This document shows, piece by piece, positions 9,604 to 18,302 of a stretch of 42,129 nt of DNA (position 1 is its first letter; each line of letters begins with the position of its first letter). Where the stretch lies: UHGV virus genome UHGV-0179013; one strand, 5' to 3'. Under the pieces are notes generated by a model that searched no databases, was not told where the DNA came from, and saw only the letters and a program-made list of their open reading frames with translations. The stretch comes from a virus. Made by a program: the position numbers and the translations under genes.

Positions 9604-10023
9604 CGTCTTCAGAGTTCCTGAGTTTGTTGATTCGGGCTGCCTGGGCTACCCACCATTTCAATCGGGCGCGGGTCATTCCCCACGCCCTGTCCTCTGTCCA
9701 TCGGAAGTAATACGTGACATCAGCTGCCGCTTCCTGCCAGGCCGTCAGGCCTTCCAGGTCAAAAAACTAAGCAGATATTCCTCACACTTACGGAAGTCGA
9801 GAAAATCCATCGGCTGCAGTACGCTTTCACGCGTACCGGAAACCAGCGCAATAAGCAGGCGCATCGCCGCGAGCGACGTTGACGCAGCCTGTTTCTCGTA
9901 AAACTGCTCAGCCTGGCTTAGCGTGGGTGCTTTCAGCTCCAGCTGCGTATAAGTGGTCTTCTCCGCAGCATCATCCAGCGCTACGGTTAATGGAATGGTT
10001 TTAACGCGTTCAATCTCAGCCAT
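9596..10023 (-). other. Predicted -1 programmed ribosomal frameshift product of the tail chaperone (GT-like fusion); slippery site T-TTT-TTG at 9760-9766
   Basis: After the heptamer the -1 frame stays open for 46 codons and ends at a TAA (9596-9598) that overlaps the tape-measure ATG, exactly filling the otherwise non-coding 140-nt gap. Confidence 0.6.
9745..10023 (-). CDS. Tail assembly chaperone (short, unshifted product; G-like)
   Basis: 92 aa between tail tube and tape measure genes; contains slippery heptamer near its 3' end. Confidence 0.6.
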   Translation of the reverse strand: MAEIERVKTIPLTVALDDAAEKTTYTQLELKAPTLSQAEQFYEKQAASTSLAAMRLLIALVSGTRESVLQPMDFLDFRKCEEYLLSFLTWKA

Positions 10024-10024
10024 C

Positions 10025-10396
10025 TTAGTTCTCCGTTACGTCGCGGCCTTCCCAGCGAACATCAAATACTGCATCTTCGCTTTCCACTTCCTGGACGTTG
10101 ACCGTCCAGAGTGAACGGCCAATGATAGTTTTCCCGTTAGCCAGCTCGGCGATCACGTTGACGTTCGTCTGCTGGTTAAAGCCCTGCACATTCGTTCCGC
10201 CACTGTCACGCAGTCGGGCAGAAATGTATGGCGCCACAGGTTTTTCCTTATATCCGTGCACACCATCCATCCCTGTCAGGGTGGTACGGTTTACGGTGGC
10301 AGCCTGGTATTTAAACGAGCCCTCCACCATTACCGTCACACCGTTAACAGTGACATAGGCGGTTCCCGCCAGGCGGTTAGTAGTATCACCTGCCAT
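10025..10396 (-). CDS. Tail tube protein (contractile tail)
   Basis: 123 aa directly downstream of sheath gene; conserved sheath-tube-chaperone-tape measure order. Confidence 0.6.
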   Translation of the reverse strand: MAGDTTNRLAGTAYVTVNGVTVMVEGSFKYQAATVNRTTLTGMDGVHGYKEKPVAPYISARLRDSGGTNVQGFNQQTNVNVIAELANGKTIIGRSLWTVNVQEVESEDAVFDVRWEGRDVTEN

Positions 10397-10399
10397 CGT

Positions 10400-11902
10400 T
10401 TAAGCTCCTGTTGATTCAGCCCGAGTGCGGAACTGATTGAGCAGCGCGAAAATGCGCAACTGGTTCATGAGGGTTCCCGGCCACAGCACATCGACGCGGT
10501 TCGGATTTTTGGCGTTCTGCTCGACGATGATATTTTTTGCGAATGCCTCCGCATCCTGCGCATAACCGTTCCATACCAGAGTCTGGTACTCGGCAATCTG
10601 ATCGGCCTTGATAATGTTTGGCGTGACGATCGCCGCGCCAGGTGCAAATCGGGTTCCATCCGCAGCAAGCTTCATACGGCCAAACTTGCTGGTCACCGCT
10701 GTGCGCAGGTAGCGGGTCACAAACATCAGGCTGAACAGCGTCTCCACTTCCAGATAACTGTCATCTGCATCGCCATAGCTGTTTTTCTGGTAGGTGGTGA
10801 TCAGGTTTTCAATGCGCACCGTGCCATCGTCATCGACCGTAAATGTCGAAATGCCGCTGTACAGCAGATTGTTACGCTCGGTCAGCTCAAAGCGATCCTG
10901 CAGTTCTGGCGCAAGCACCCCCTGAACAGCGAGCGACTGTAGCGGGCGGCCGGGGTCATTACGCAGACTCACCGCAGCTGCGCCGGTGTAAGCTGCAGAC
11001 CATGCCCAGGAAGGGGACGGCGATTTATTTACGCCCAGCAGGGTCTCATGCTGGTTATTGCGCAGCTCACCTTTGGTACCGAGCTGGGCGTAAGTCCCGG
11101 TGGTGGTACCAAAGGAATGGCCATAAAGCTGCTTGTCCCATGCCCAGCGACCGCCAGTGTCTGACAGGAACTCCTTCATCACATTCAACGAGGTTGTATC
11201 GTCGTAAGGGTTGATGATGAAATCGAATGTCCGATCCTGCAGGTTTGCCAGCGCGCCGGTAATATCCGGAGCCCCGACTCCGTTAGACATAGCAGTAATC
11301 GTCAGTTCCAGGCCTGCAGGTGTGGACTCGCCTCCAGGTAAGCCGAGGAAGTTCAGGCGAATGTCGATCCCATTACCCGTAGCACCAAGATTCTTCGCGG
11401 TCAGGGTTACGGTATCCGTAGTCGCACTGGCGGTTACAGGTAGCGTGGTTTTTGCGTTAATCGCCGCGGCCAGAGAGGTGGCGATCGCTGCCACCGTATC
11501 TGTTGCTACAACGGTCAACTGAATGCGCTCACCAGCAATATAAAGGGAGATCACTCCGGTTGCCGTCGGTGCGCTGCTCACTTTAATGGTGCCGGTTGCA
11601 GCCACCATGGAATCGGAGTCTTCCTCCAGCGGCAGGATCCAGACTTCGGCTGCGGTATCATTTTTCTGATACGCCGCCATCATGGCCTGCAGAATTCCCC
11701 CTTTTCCTGTCAGCTCACCGACGGTATCCGAAGAGGAAACTCGCTGCGGAATACCAGGGGGGGTTGAGCCGGTACTGAGCATCCCACCGATAAGCAGGGT
11801 GCGCTGCGTGGCAGTGGCGTTATTCGCCATTGAGTTATCAAACTCAACGAAGAAAAGCCCTACCCGCAGGTTATCGGGAACACGAGCGAAAGGTACGGTC
11901 AT
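10400..11902 (-). CDS. Tail sheath protein
   Basis: 500 aa; position upstream of tube gene; size typical of contractile sheath. Confidence 0.6.
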   Translation of the reverse strand: MTVPFARVPDNLRVGLFFVEFDNSMANNATATQRTLLIGGMLSTGSTPPGIPQRVSSSDTVGELTGKGGILQAMMAAYQKNDTAAEVWILPLEEDSDSMVAATGTIKVSSAPTATGVISLYIAGERIQLTVVATDTVAAIATSLAAAINAKTTLPVTASATTDTVTLTAKNLGATGNGIDIRLNFLGLPGGESTPAGLELTITAMSNGVGAPDITGALANLQDRTFDFIINPYDDTTSLNVMKEFLSDTGGRWAWDKQLYGHSFGTTTGTYAQLGTKGELRNNQHETLLGVNKSPSPSWAWSAAYTGAAAVSLRNDPGRPLQSLAVQGVLAPELQDRFELTERNNLLYSGISTFTVDDDGTVRIENLITTYQKNSYGDADDSYLEVETLFSLMFVTRYLRTAVTSKFGRMKLAADGTRFAPGAAIVTPNIIKADQIAEYQTLVWNGYAQDAEAFAKNIIVEQNAKNPNRVDVLWPGTLMNQLRIFALLNQFRTRAESTGA

Positions 11903-12096
11903 TCATTTTCTCCCGCTTTTTTAGGTAATGATTGTTTCTCTGGCGCGCCCTCATCCTTTTTAGAGAGGATCACGTCCCCATCGCTCAGACGGCGACGCCA
12001 GAAAATATTATCAGGTACTTCAGCACCCTCTTTAGGCAATGGGATGCCCTTGACGGGGCAGCGAACGCTGAGCCCGTTGTTCGGCTTAACAAACAT
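11899..12096 (-). CDS. Small conserved tail-cluster protein (DUF2635-like)
   Basis: 65 aa, stop/start overlapped with sheath gene. Confidence 0.35.
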   Translation of the reverse strand: MFVKPNNGLSVRCPVKGIPLPKEGAEVPDNIFWRRRLSDGDVILSKKDEGAPEKQSLPKKAGENE

Positions 12097-12099
12097 GGA

Positions 12100-12645
12100 T
12101 TACTCCTGAAGATTGAGGCTGATACCCGGTTTAACTGTGCCGTCTGGCATGTCGACCGCAATATCCATGCCCTCAAGGGGAACCGACTGGACAGGATAAA
12201 AATCTTCCGGCCCCTGGTAATGCTCTATGTCGATCTCGAAAAGAAGCTGCCCCATATGGGCCTCTCCTTCTGAATCAACATTGATGGTTGAACGAACTTC
12301 CGCGTATTTCTGAATATTCCGCGTCAGTTCGTAGCTGTTGATCACCGCGCGCTCCACCTGCTCGCGAAGGCTTTCAAGCGCCAGCTCTGCCCGCATGGCT
12401 CCATCATCCACTGTATCGCCGTCATACTCCTGAACGCGCCCAGTGATCCTGACAGTGGTGAGGGTGGTAAAAGCAGGGGTATTACGCCCCTGTGATTTTT
12501 TCTGTTCAAAAGGCGTCTGAACCAACAACACAGGATACATATCTGGTGAAGTTGACCAGTCGCGTGGAGAGAATACGCGGTCGCCCGCGCTGGTTGTCCC
12601 GGTTAGTGCAGTGACAACCATTTGCCGTATCGCTGCTGAATTCAT
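12100..12645 (-). CDS. Putative tail completion / neck protein
   Basis: 181 aa, sits at the head-tail junction of the gene order; no recognisable motif. Confidence 0.3.
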   Translation of the reverse strand: MNSAAIRQMVVTALTGTTSAGDRVFSPRDWSTSPDMYPVLLVQTPFEQKKSQGRNTPAFTTLTTVRITGRVQEYDGDTVDDGAMRAELALESLREQVERAVINSYELTRNIQKYAEVRSTINVDSEGEAHMGQLLFEIDIEHYQGPEDFYPVQSVPLEGMDIAVDMPDGTVKPGISLNLQE

Positions 12646-13001
12646 CGCGGTTTTACCACATTGAGGACAAGACGAGATCCGCCATGACTGTCGGGTTCGA
12701 CATTTGACACAACAAATAACTGATTGATGATGTGACCACCGACCGTCTTTATAAATACCCGGTCAGATACAGCAGGTTGCGATTTACCCAGCTTGCGAAA
12801 TTCAGCATCGCGCACACCCAACATCGGGCTGGAGGTGTTAATTTCTGAATCGCCATCAAGGTTTTCAGCAACCTGCGCATAACCACGGTCAAAAATCCCG
12901 TTAATTGTAAAAGGAGTACCGTTACGTGGACGGTACTCGTGCTCATCGCCAAAGACATCATGCAGCGGACTCAGAAGATGAGAATCCCAGTCCACGCCCA
13001 T
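12642..13001 (-). CDS. Head-tail connector protein (lambda FII position)
   Basis: About 119 aa from ATG at 13001; the ORF-track start at 13106 would overlap the upstream gene by 100 nt. Confidence 0.35.
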   Translation of the reverse strand: MGVDWDSHLLSPLHDVFGDEHEYRPRNGTPFTINGIFDRGYAQVAENLDGDSEINTSSPMLGVRDAEFRKLGKSQPAVSDRVFIKTVGGHIINQLFVVSNVEPDSHGGSRLVLNVVKPR

Positions 13002-13005
13002 GTCA

Positions 13006-13386
13006 TTACCCTGTCGTAACTGAAACTGATGGCTGAGAAGCAAGAACTCGCTTACGAAGCACATCAACATCAGCAATAACGCCGGACTGCAGAAGACGCT
13101 CAGCATCTTTGCCGGTTACAGGGATGCGCATATTTTCGCGGTACATCTCCCCGTCATGACGAATGCAATTCCCTTTCAACACCACATACTCCTGCGATTC
13201 AGTGTCTCCGGATTTTTCGTCACCACCATCGTCATCAACAGACAATTCGGCATCATCTGTTTTGCTCAAAGGCTGTTTTTCCTGGGTGTTATCGCCAGCA
13301 TTCAGGTCGTCAACGCTCAGGCCGTCTTTGGCAGATCCTTCTGCATTCAGATCATCAGCCAGCCCGGTATTAGGTTGTTTTGCCAT
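13006..13386 (-). CDS. Acidic head-associated protein (lambda FI position)
   Basis: About 126 aa from ATG at 13386, immediately after capsid gene stop; Asp/Glu-rich. Confidence 0.35.
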   Translation of the reverse strand: MAKQPNTGLADDLNAEGSAKDGLSVDDLNAGDNTQEKQPLSKTDDAELSVDDDGGDEKSGDTESQEYVVLKGNCIRHDGEMYRENMRIPVTGKDAERLLQSGVIADVDVLRKRVLASQPSVSVTTG

Positions 13387-13387
13387 A

Positions 13388-14437
13388 TCAGACCACCGTT
13401 GCGCAGAGGGATGCATTTACCCGGCTCGGAATAACCAGCGGGGAGGATTGCATCAGGATAAGACGCTGGGCTGGATCTTCTTTCACCCAGGATTTTGGCG
13501 CATAAGCCAGCGGACCGTAGTTGAAAGCCGGGTCCAGGATAACGCCAAAGGCGCGGGTACCCATCAGATCGGCACCACTCATAATGACAGCGCCATCGGG
13601 GATCATAGGCTTCTCGACGTTGTCCAGCGGGTCAATAAACCAGTCGTTATATAACCAGAGGTCAAAGTTACCCCAGCGCCCTTTATAAATTGCGCCCTTC
13701 ATTACCTGTGGGCCGGCGTTAATCTGGTTACCAAACGGGCTCAGCGCCGGGAATGTAATGGCGTTATCCTTGATGGTGGTATCCAGTCGGAATGCACGCC
13801 ATGACTTATTCGTAAAGACCAGATCCGTGGCGACAGAGCCGGACTCTTTCAGGAAAGTAGTCTGCCAGATTTCAATGTCATCTGATGGCTGGGTATTGGT
13901 AGCGCCAGCTGCAACGGTCAGTGGCCATTTATCCGAGCCGCTAAGAGTGATGGTCAGATCCGAAGCACGCCCGAAATCCACCACCTTAGTTTCATAGCCC
14001 TCCCCGGCGACGGTTACGGTCCCAGACACCAGCGCACTCGCCGCCATCCATTCCAGACGACGGTTGATCATGTCAATCTGGTCAGTCATTTCAAACTGAA
14101 GGTTCAGCATTTCGCGCTCGGCAGCGGTATATTCCCCGCCAATACGCTCACCAATCTGGCGGCGGATAGGTTTGCGCAGGTCCGGCGCGCGCTTATCTTT
14201 GATGTATGCCGGTTTGAAGGTATTGGTCTGGTATTTACGGGATTCGACCAGCTTACCTTCCACCAGCGGGGAGACGAACGGCGCCATACGACGCAGGCCG
14301 ACATCAACATCAATCGCCACTTCTTCAGTCTCGTAAGTCACGACATTCGGGAAGAAGCGATCGAGCAGCCAGTTCTGACTGGTTTTCAGGTTAGGAACAA
14401 CCTGCACCAGCACGCTGGTATCAAAAATATTTTCCAT
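13388..14437 (-). CDS. Major capsid protein, lambda gpE family
   Basis: C-terminus KSWVKEDPAQRLILMQSSPLVIP parallels lambda E C-terminus KNWVTTGDPAREFTMIQSAPLMLL; about 349 aa from ATG at 14437. Confidence 0.8.
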   Translation of the reverse strand: MENIFDTSVLVQVVPNLKTSQNWLLDRFFPNVVTYETEEVAIDVDVGLRRMAPFVSPLVEGKLVESRKYQTNTFKPAYIKDKRAPDLRKPIRRQIGERIGGEYTAAEREMLNLQFEMTDQIDMINRRLEWMAASALVSGTVTVAGEGYETKVVDFGRASDLTITLSGSDKWPLTVAAGATNTQPSDDIEIWQTTFLKESGSVATDLVFTNKSWRAFRLDTTIKDNAITFPALSPFGNQINAGPQVMKGAIYKGRWGNFDLWLYNDWFIDPLDNVEKPMIPDGAVIMSGADLMGTRAFGVILDPAFNYGPLAYAPKSWVKEDPAQRLILMQSSPLVIPSRVNASLCATVV

Positions 14438-14534
14438 ATTCAGTCTCTTGATAGTGCCAGCCGCAGCTGGCAAAAAATTTAAACGAGCCAGCCCCTGCCG
14501 GTTAAAGCATTCGTCAGGAGAGCCGTGGGGGAAA

Positions 14535-14939
14535 TCAGGAGGTGGTTACAGGTGCCTGGTCACTGTCTTTCAGGAAGATAGCCAGCGGTCGGAGCGCTTT
14601 TTTCAGGTCAGCGGTCGTCCAGGAGTTATCAAAAATAATTCGGTGCTGGTTGAATTCCCCCATCAGATACAGGCCGCCGTTCTGATCGGAAGACGATGCA
14701 TCAACATCATCAACCAGAATAGCAACGGGTAACTGACTGCCATCTTCAGCCGTTTTCACACATTGCGTGTATTTCCCGCTGGCAGCCACCAGGCCCAGGA
14801 CAGTACCACGCTTAAAGGCACCGCCCGTAATGATCCCGGTGTCAGTCACCAGCTGGAGCGTGCCAGCGACAAGCTGATCCGGAACAAACAGCGCGCTCTT
14901 CATGCCAGGCGCAAACGCATTCTGACCAAACTGATCCAT
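14535..14939 (-). CDS. Head decoration protein (lambda gpD-like)
   Basis: 134 aa between scaffold-like and capsid genes; Gly/Ala-rich pattern as in gpD. Confidence 0.5.
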   Translation of the reverse strand: MDQFGQNAFAPGMKSALFVPDQLVAGTLQLVTDTGIITGGAFKRGTVLGLVAASGKYTQCVKTAEDGSQLPVAILVDDVDASSSDQNGGLYLMGEFNQHRIIFDNSWTTADLKKALRPLAIFLKDSDQAPVTTS

Positions 14940-15529
14940 TATTTCTCTCCTCTTGTGGAGTTGTAGAGGCCGGTCATTTTACTTACCAGCGCAGACTTTC
15001 CGGTCTCTTTCTGTCCGCTATCCGGATTAAGCCGGACCTGGTGGCTTTCCTGCATACGCTGATCGAGAGAGCGTTTACGGGATGGCTGAGATGCGGCTGC
15101 GGCCGGAGCCGAAGAGGCTAGGACATTAATTGCTGCCGCAGAACTCATCCCGGTATTGAAAGCCAGTGACGCGGCCAGTGAAGGATTCGCAGCTGCATGC
15201 TTACTGCCGAAAATACGGGCGCAGCGTTTACGCTCAGCAGCGCGTGCATTTTTTACCGCCTTACTCTCTTTGCGATCGTCGTCGCCGTCGTCTTCAGAAT
15301 CATCATCTTCTGACGCATCCGGATCATCGCCGTCATCTTCAGCATCATCGTCGCGTTCGTCTTCTTCCGCGTCGTCGTCGCGCTCATCATCATCGGCATC
15401 ATCTTCGCGCTCGTCCTCTTCCGCGCGACGGGCTTTCGCTTTTTTGGCTTTTTTATCCTCTTCTTCCTCAGAAGCGGAAGGGCCAAGACCAATGAGGTGA
15501 GCAAAACTAAACGTCTTTTTCTTTGCCAT
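14939..15529 (-). CDS. Acidic scaffold-like protein (lambda Nu3 position) with internal tandem acidic repeats
   Basis: ATG at 15529 with AGGAG RBS, overlapping the protease stop; contains about three degenerate 30-33 nt tandem repeats encoding DDAEEDERDD-like units. Confidence 0.45.
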   Translation of the reverse strand: MAKKKTFSFAHLIGLGPSASEEEEDKKAKKAKARRAEEDEREDDADDDERDDDAEEDERDDDAEDDGDDPDASEDDDSEDDGDDDRKESKAVKNARAAERKRCARIFGSKHAAANPSLAASLAFNTGMSSAAAINVLASSAPAAAASQPSRKRSLDQRMQESHQVRLNPDSGQKETGKSALVSKMTGLYNSTRGEK

Positions 15530-15530
15530 T

Positions 15531-16397
15531 TCAGGCTCCTGTTTTTTCAAGTAAGTTTTTGAACGCAGCGTCAGGAGGACACACCTCATCAGCCAGTCCA
15601 ATTTCAACGCCATCAGCAGCCATAAAACAGGCGGCCTGGGTACTTTTTATAACCTTTGCGCTAATCCCCCGGTTTCTGGCAACAGTGTTCACAAACAATT
15701 CGCCCATGGTGTTAATGTCCTGCTGGATGGCGGCCAGCGCTTCATCTGACAACTCTCTCAGCGGCGAACCTTCAGCCTTGCGGGATCCATAGGTGATGAT
15801 AGTAACTTTAAGACCGTCATCTTTAATCCGCTGCGTCCAGTCAAGGTGCATGGTGATCACACCCACAGAACCCACTCCGCCGGTGCGCGGAACAGAAATC
15901 CGGTCCGCTGCACTGGCAATGGCATACGCAGCGGAATAAGCGCTTTCCGTCAGAATGGCATGGATAGGCTTTTTCCCCCGGGAGCCGTAAATGACATCAA
16001 CCAGATCGAAGCATCCAGCGACCTCGCCGCCGGGTGAGTCGATATCCAGGCAAATGCCCGAAATGTCGGGATCTTCCATCGCAGTAAGAAACGCCTGACG
16101 AATGCCGTCATACCCTGTCATTCCACTGTACGGACGCAGACTGCCCAGTTTTTGCACCAGCGTTCCGCATATCGGGATGACGGCGACACCCAGCACATTG
16201 TCATAACCCGGATCACTACGGGATTCACGTCCCCGGTTATCGTCATATCCGTACCAGTCATCCTCCATGGCAAGAGAAGATTCGATTTTACTGATACCAA
16301 ATCGGTCCATTACGGATGCCATGATGACTTCGGCTTTACTCGGGTGCAGCGCCAGCGGGGTGTTAAATAATCGCTGGGCCAGATGGGGTAGATTCAC
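15531..16397 (-). CDS. Prohead protease, S49 (SppA/ClpP-like) family, lambda gpC-like
   Basis: Motif DSPGGEVAGCFDLVDVIY ... SAAYAIASAADRI typical of S49 peptidases; position after portal gene. Confidence 0.75.
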   Translation of the reverse strand: MNLPHLAQRLFNTPLALHPSKAEVIMASVMDRFGISKIESSLAMEDDWYGYDDNRGRESRSDPGYDNVLGVAVIPICGTLVQKLGSLRPYSGMTGYDGIRQAFLTAMEDPDISGICLDIDSPGGEVAGCFDLVDVIYGSRGKKPIHAILTESAYSAAYAIASAADRISVPRTGGVGSVGVITMHLDWTQRIKDDGLKVTIITYGSRKAEGSPLRELSDEALAAIQQDINTMGELFVNTVARNRGISAKVIKSTQAACFMAADGVEIGLADEVCPPDAAFKNLLEKTGA

Positions 16398-18031
16398 TTT
16401 TCCTCCGGATCGGTAATGGTCTGGCTCGCAAACTGGTCAGCCTGTGCCCAGCTCGGAAGCGGTAATCCGCGTTTAAGACATGACTCAATTTCTCTCTGGC
16501 GCTGATCAAGCACTTCTTCCCAGTCTTCACCGACGTTTTCACCCACCTCAATCTCGAGGGTGGAAAGTCCGGCATCCAGACCAAGAATGGCGCCTTTTTT
16601 CTCTGCAACCGGATCCACCCAGCCGCGCCCTGGCCCCATCCAGCGCGCGCGAGAATACGCGGCTCTGGCGTCAACAAAATCAGGTGCGCCTGCGGGCAGG
16701 GGTAAATCCTCATTGTCGTGAACTTCTTCAACAAAGGCGGTGAGAATGGGCTGAGCGAAGCCGGTAGAAAAATCATCCCGGCGGCGAGTCAGTGTTTTCC
16801 ATGCCTCCAGCAACGAGGAGCGTGCAGAACTGTAGTTAACGTCAGACCAGTCCTGGGTGACCTGCTGTGGGGACAACCCTGTTCCTGAAGAAAAATTACG
16901 GAGAACAGCAGATTCGAAGACTTCAAAATTGCTGTAGGGCCGCGCCGCGTTAACCGTCGTGATTTTCTCACCAGGATAAAGAATGGGCATTCGGGCACCA
17001 TTCTGAAGTGTCAGACGCCGATCGTTATGGAACTCAACACGCCCGTCCTGATAAGTGCCTAACTCCGACTCGTCATAGGTCTCGCCCAGGGCAGACTGAA
17101 CCATCGCAGGGTCATAGGGTGACTCAATGTAAGCGGCGAATATGGCATTAAGAATTGCTGCCTCAAGCTCACTCTGGTCATACTTCACCAGCATTTTCAG
17201 ACGCTGAATAACCGGAGTCAGGATGCCGTTACCGCGGTGCTGCGCGCCACGCTCATGATCAAAATCGTGAACCACATGCGGGCGGCCCCAGTCAGTTTCA
17301 CGCGGGATACGCTGCCACGTCATGGTTTTAGCCCCGCTCCACCAGTCACCGATATGAGCCTCCCTGATGTGGTAAGCAACCGGCGCACCGTCCGCATCAA
17401 TTTCAACGCCACCACGGACATTTGGCATATCGAAATTCTGCTGAGGATTACTGAGGCGGTCAGGATCGACAATCTGTACCGTGGTGGCGTAACGCCCTCT
17501 TCCGGGACCAAGCCTGTCAGTTCTGTACTGGAGAATGGCCAGAGCATCCCCGTCAATAAGCTTGTGACGAAATCCCAGGCGTAACATCTGCGACACGGTG
17601 AGTTTTCGTTCAACATCACAATACCGGCCAGGATCGTTACTCCAGGTCCGCCAGTGCCCGTCCAGTGCTTTTCCGTACTCTTCCGCCCAGGACGCATCAA
17701 ACGCCTTGTTTCCGGTGATCATTCTGAGAACACGGTAATCGGGTTTCATGATGGGGCGGAAGTTGGCACCAACCGCATTATCCAGCAGACGTGTGACCGC
17801 ACCGTTTGCCCAGCCGTCATTACGGACCAGATCGCGTGCGCGGGACACGATGCGATCCCGGTAAATGTTAATTTCATTGTCCGGGGACCACAGCGCGGGT
17901 TGCCAGTTCGCCAGTTGATCGCTGAAAGAGTCAGCTGCGTCATAAGGTACGCGGCTCCCCCCCACCAGCATAGAGGGACGCTGCTGTCGCAACGGCTGCC
18001 CATCAGAGCCCAGTATCTGTACTTTATTCAT
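16394..18031 (-). CDS. Portal protein, lambda gpB family
   Basis: 545 aa; segment NYSSARSSLLEAWKTLTRRRDDFSTGFAQPILTAFVEEV parallels lambda B MSYSTARASANESWAYFMGRRKFVASRQASQMFLCWLEEAI. Confidence 0.85.
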   Translation of the reverse strand: MNKVQILGSDGQPLRQQRPSMLVGGSRVPYDAADSFSDQLANWQPALWSPDNEINIYRDRIVSRARDLVRNDGWANGAVTRLLDNAVGANFRPIMKPDYRVLRMITGNKAFDASWAEEYGKALDGHWRTWSNDPGRYCDVERKLTVSQMLRLGFRHKLIDGDALAILQYRTDRLGPGRGRYATTVQIVDPDRLSNPQQNFDMPNVRGGVEIDADGAPVAYHIREAHIGDWWSGAKTMTWQRIPRETDWGRPHVVHDFDHERGAQHRGNGILTPVIQRLKMLVKYDQSELEAAILNAIFAAYIESPYDPAMVQSALGETYDESELGTYQDGRVEFHNDRRLTLQNGARMPILYPGEKITTVNAARPYSNFEVFESAVLRNFSSGTGLSPQQVTQDWSDVNYSSARSSLLEAWKTLTRRRDDFSTGFAQPILTAFVEEVHDNEDLPLPAGAPDFVDARAAYSRARWMGPGRGWVDPVAEKKGAILGLDAGLSTLEIEVGENVGEDWEEVLDQRQREIESCLKRGLPLPSWAQADQFASQTITDPEEK

Positions 18032-18258
18032 CAGAATCTAAACCTCGCTGGTTTCCGGGGACGAGAGATAATCCCCAGTTGCGCCTGCAGAAGTTGAATC
18101 AGGGCCAGCAGATCAGCCAGGGTGCTTTGCTGATAGGACACTGATCGCGTCCCGTCTCCCTGCGTATAGGAAAACGAAACACCGTGGCTCCCGGTTGCTA
18201 AATCAATGTACGCCTGCTGAGCTTTCGCAAGCGCATCCCTGAGCTGATCGTCAGTCAT
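18031..18258 (-). CDS. Head-tail joining protein, lambda gpW-like
   Basis: Small protein between terminase and portal; C-terminal RPRKPARFRF resembles gpW C-terminus RRRGPAGFYV. Confidence 0.5.
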   Translation of the reverse strand: MTDDQLRDALAKAQQAYIDLATGSHGVSFSYTQGDGTRSVSYQQSTLADLLALIQLLQAQLGIISRPRKPARFRF

Positions 18259-18302
18259 TGCGCCGGCAAGCAGGCTGGTGTTCCGGTTGAACATGATTTT
18301 CC

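Noticed and set aside
13163-13654. Plus-strand 163-aa ORF
   Set aside because: Antisense to the major capsid and FI-like genes, which are supported by homology and operon structure.
15156-15500. Two plus-strand ORFs (114 and 109 aa) with Ser/Arg/His repeats
   Set aside because: Antisense translation of the acidic tandem-repeat region of the scaffold-like gene; the repeats create long open shadow frames.
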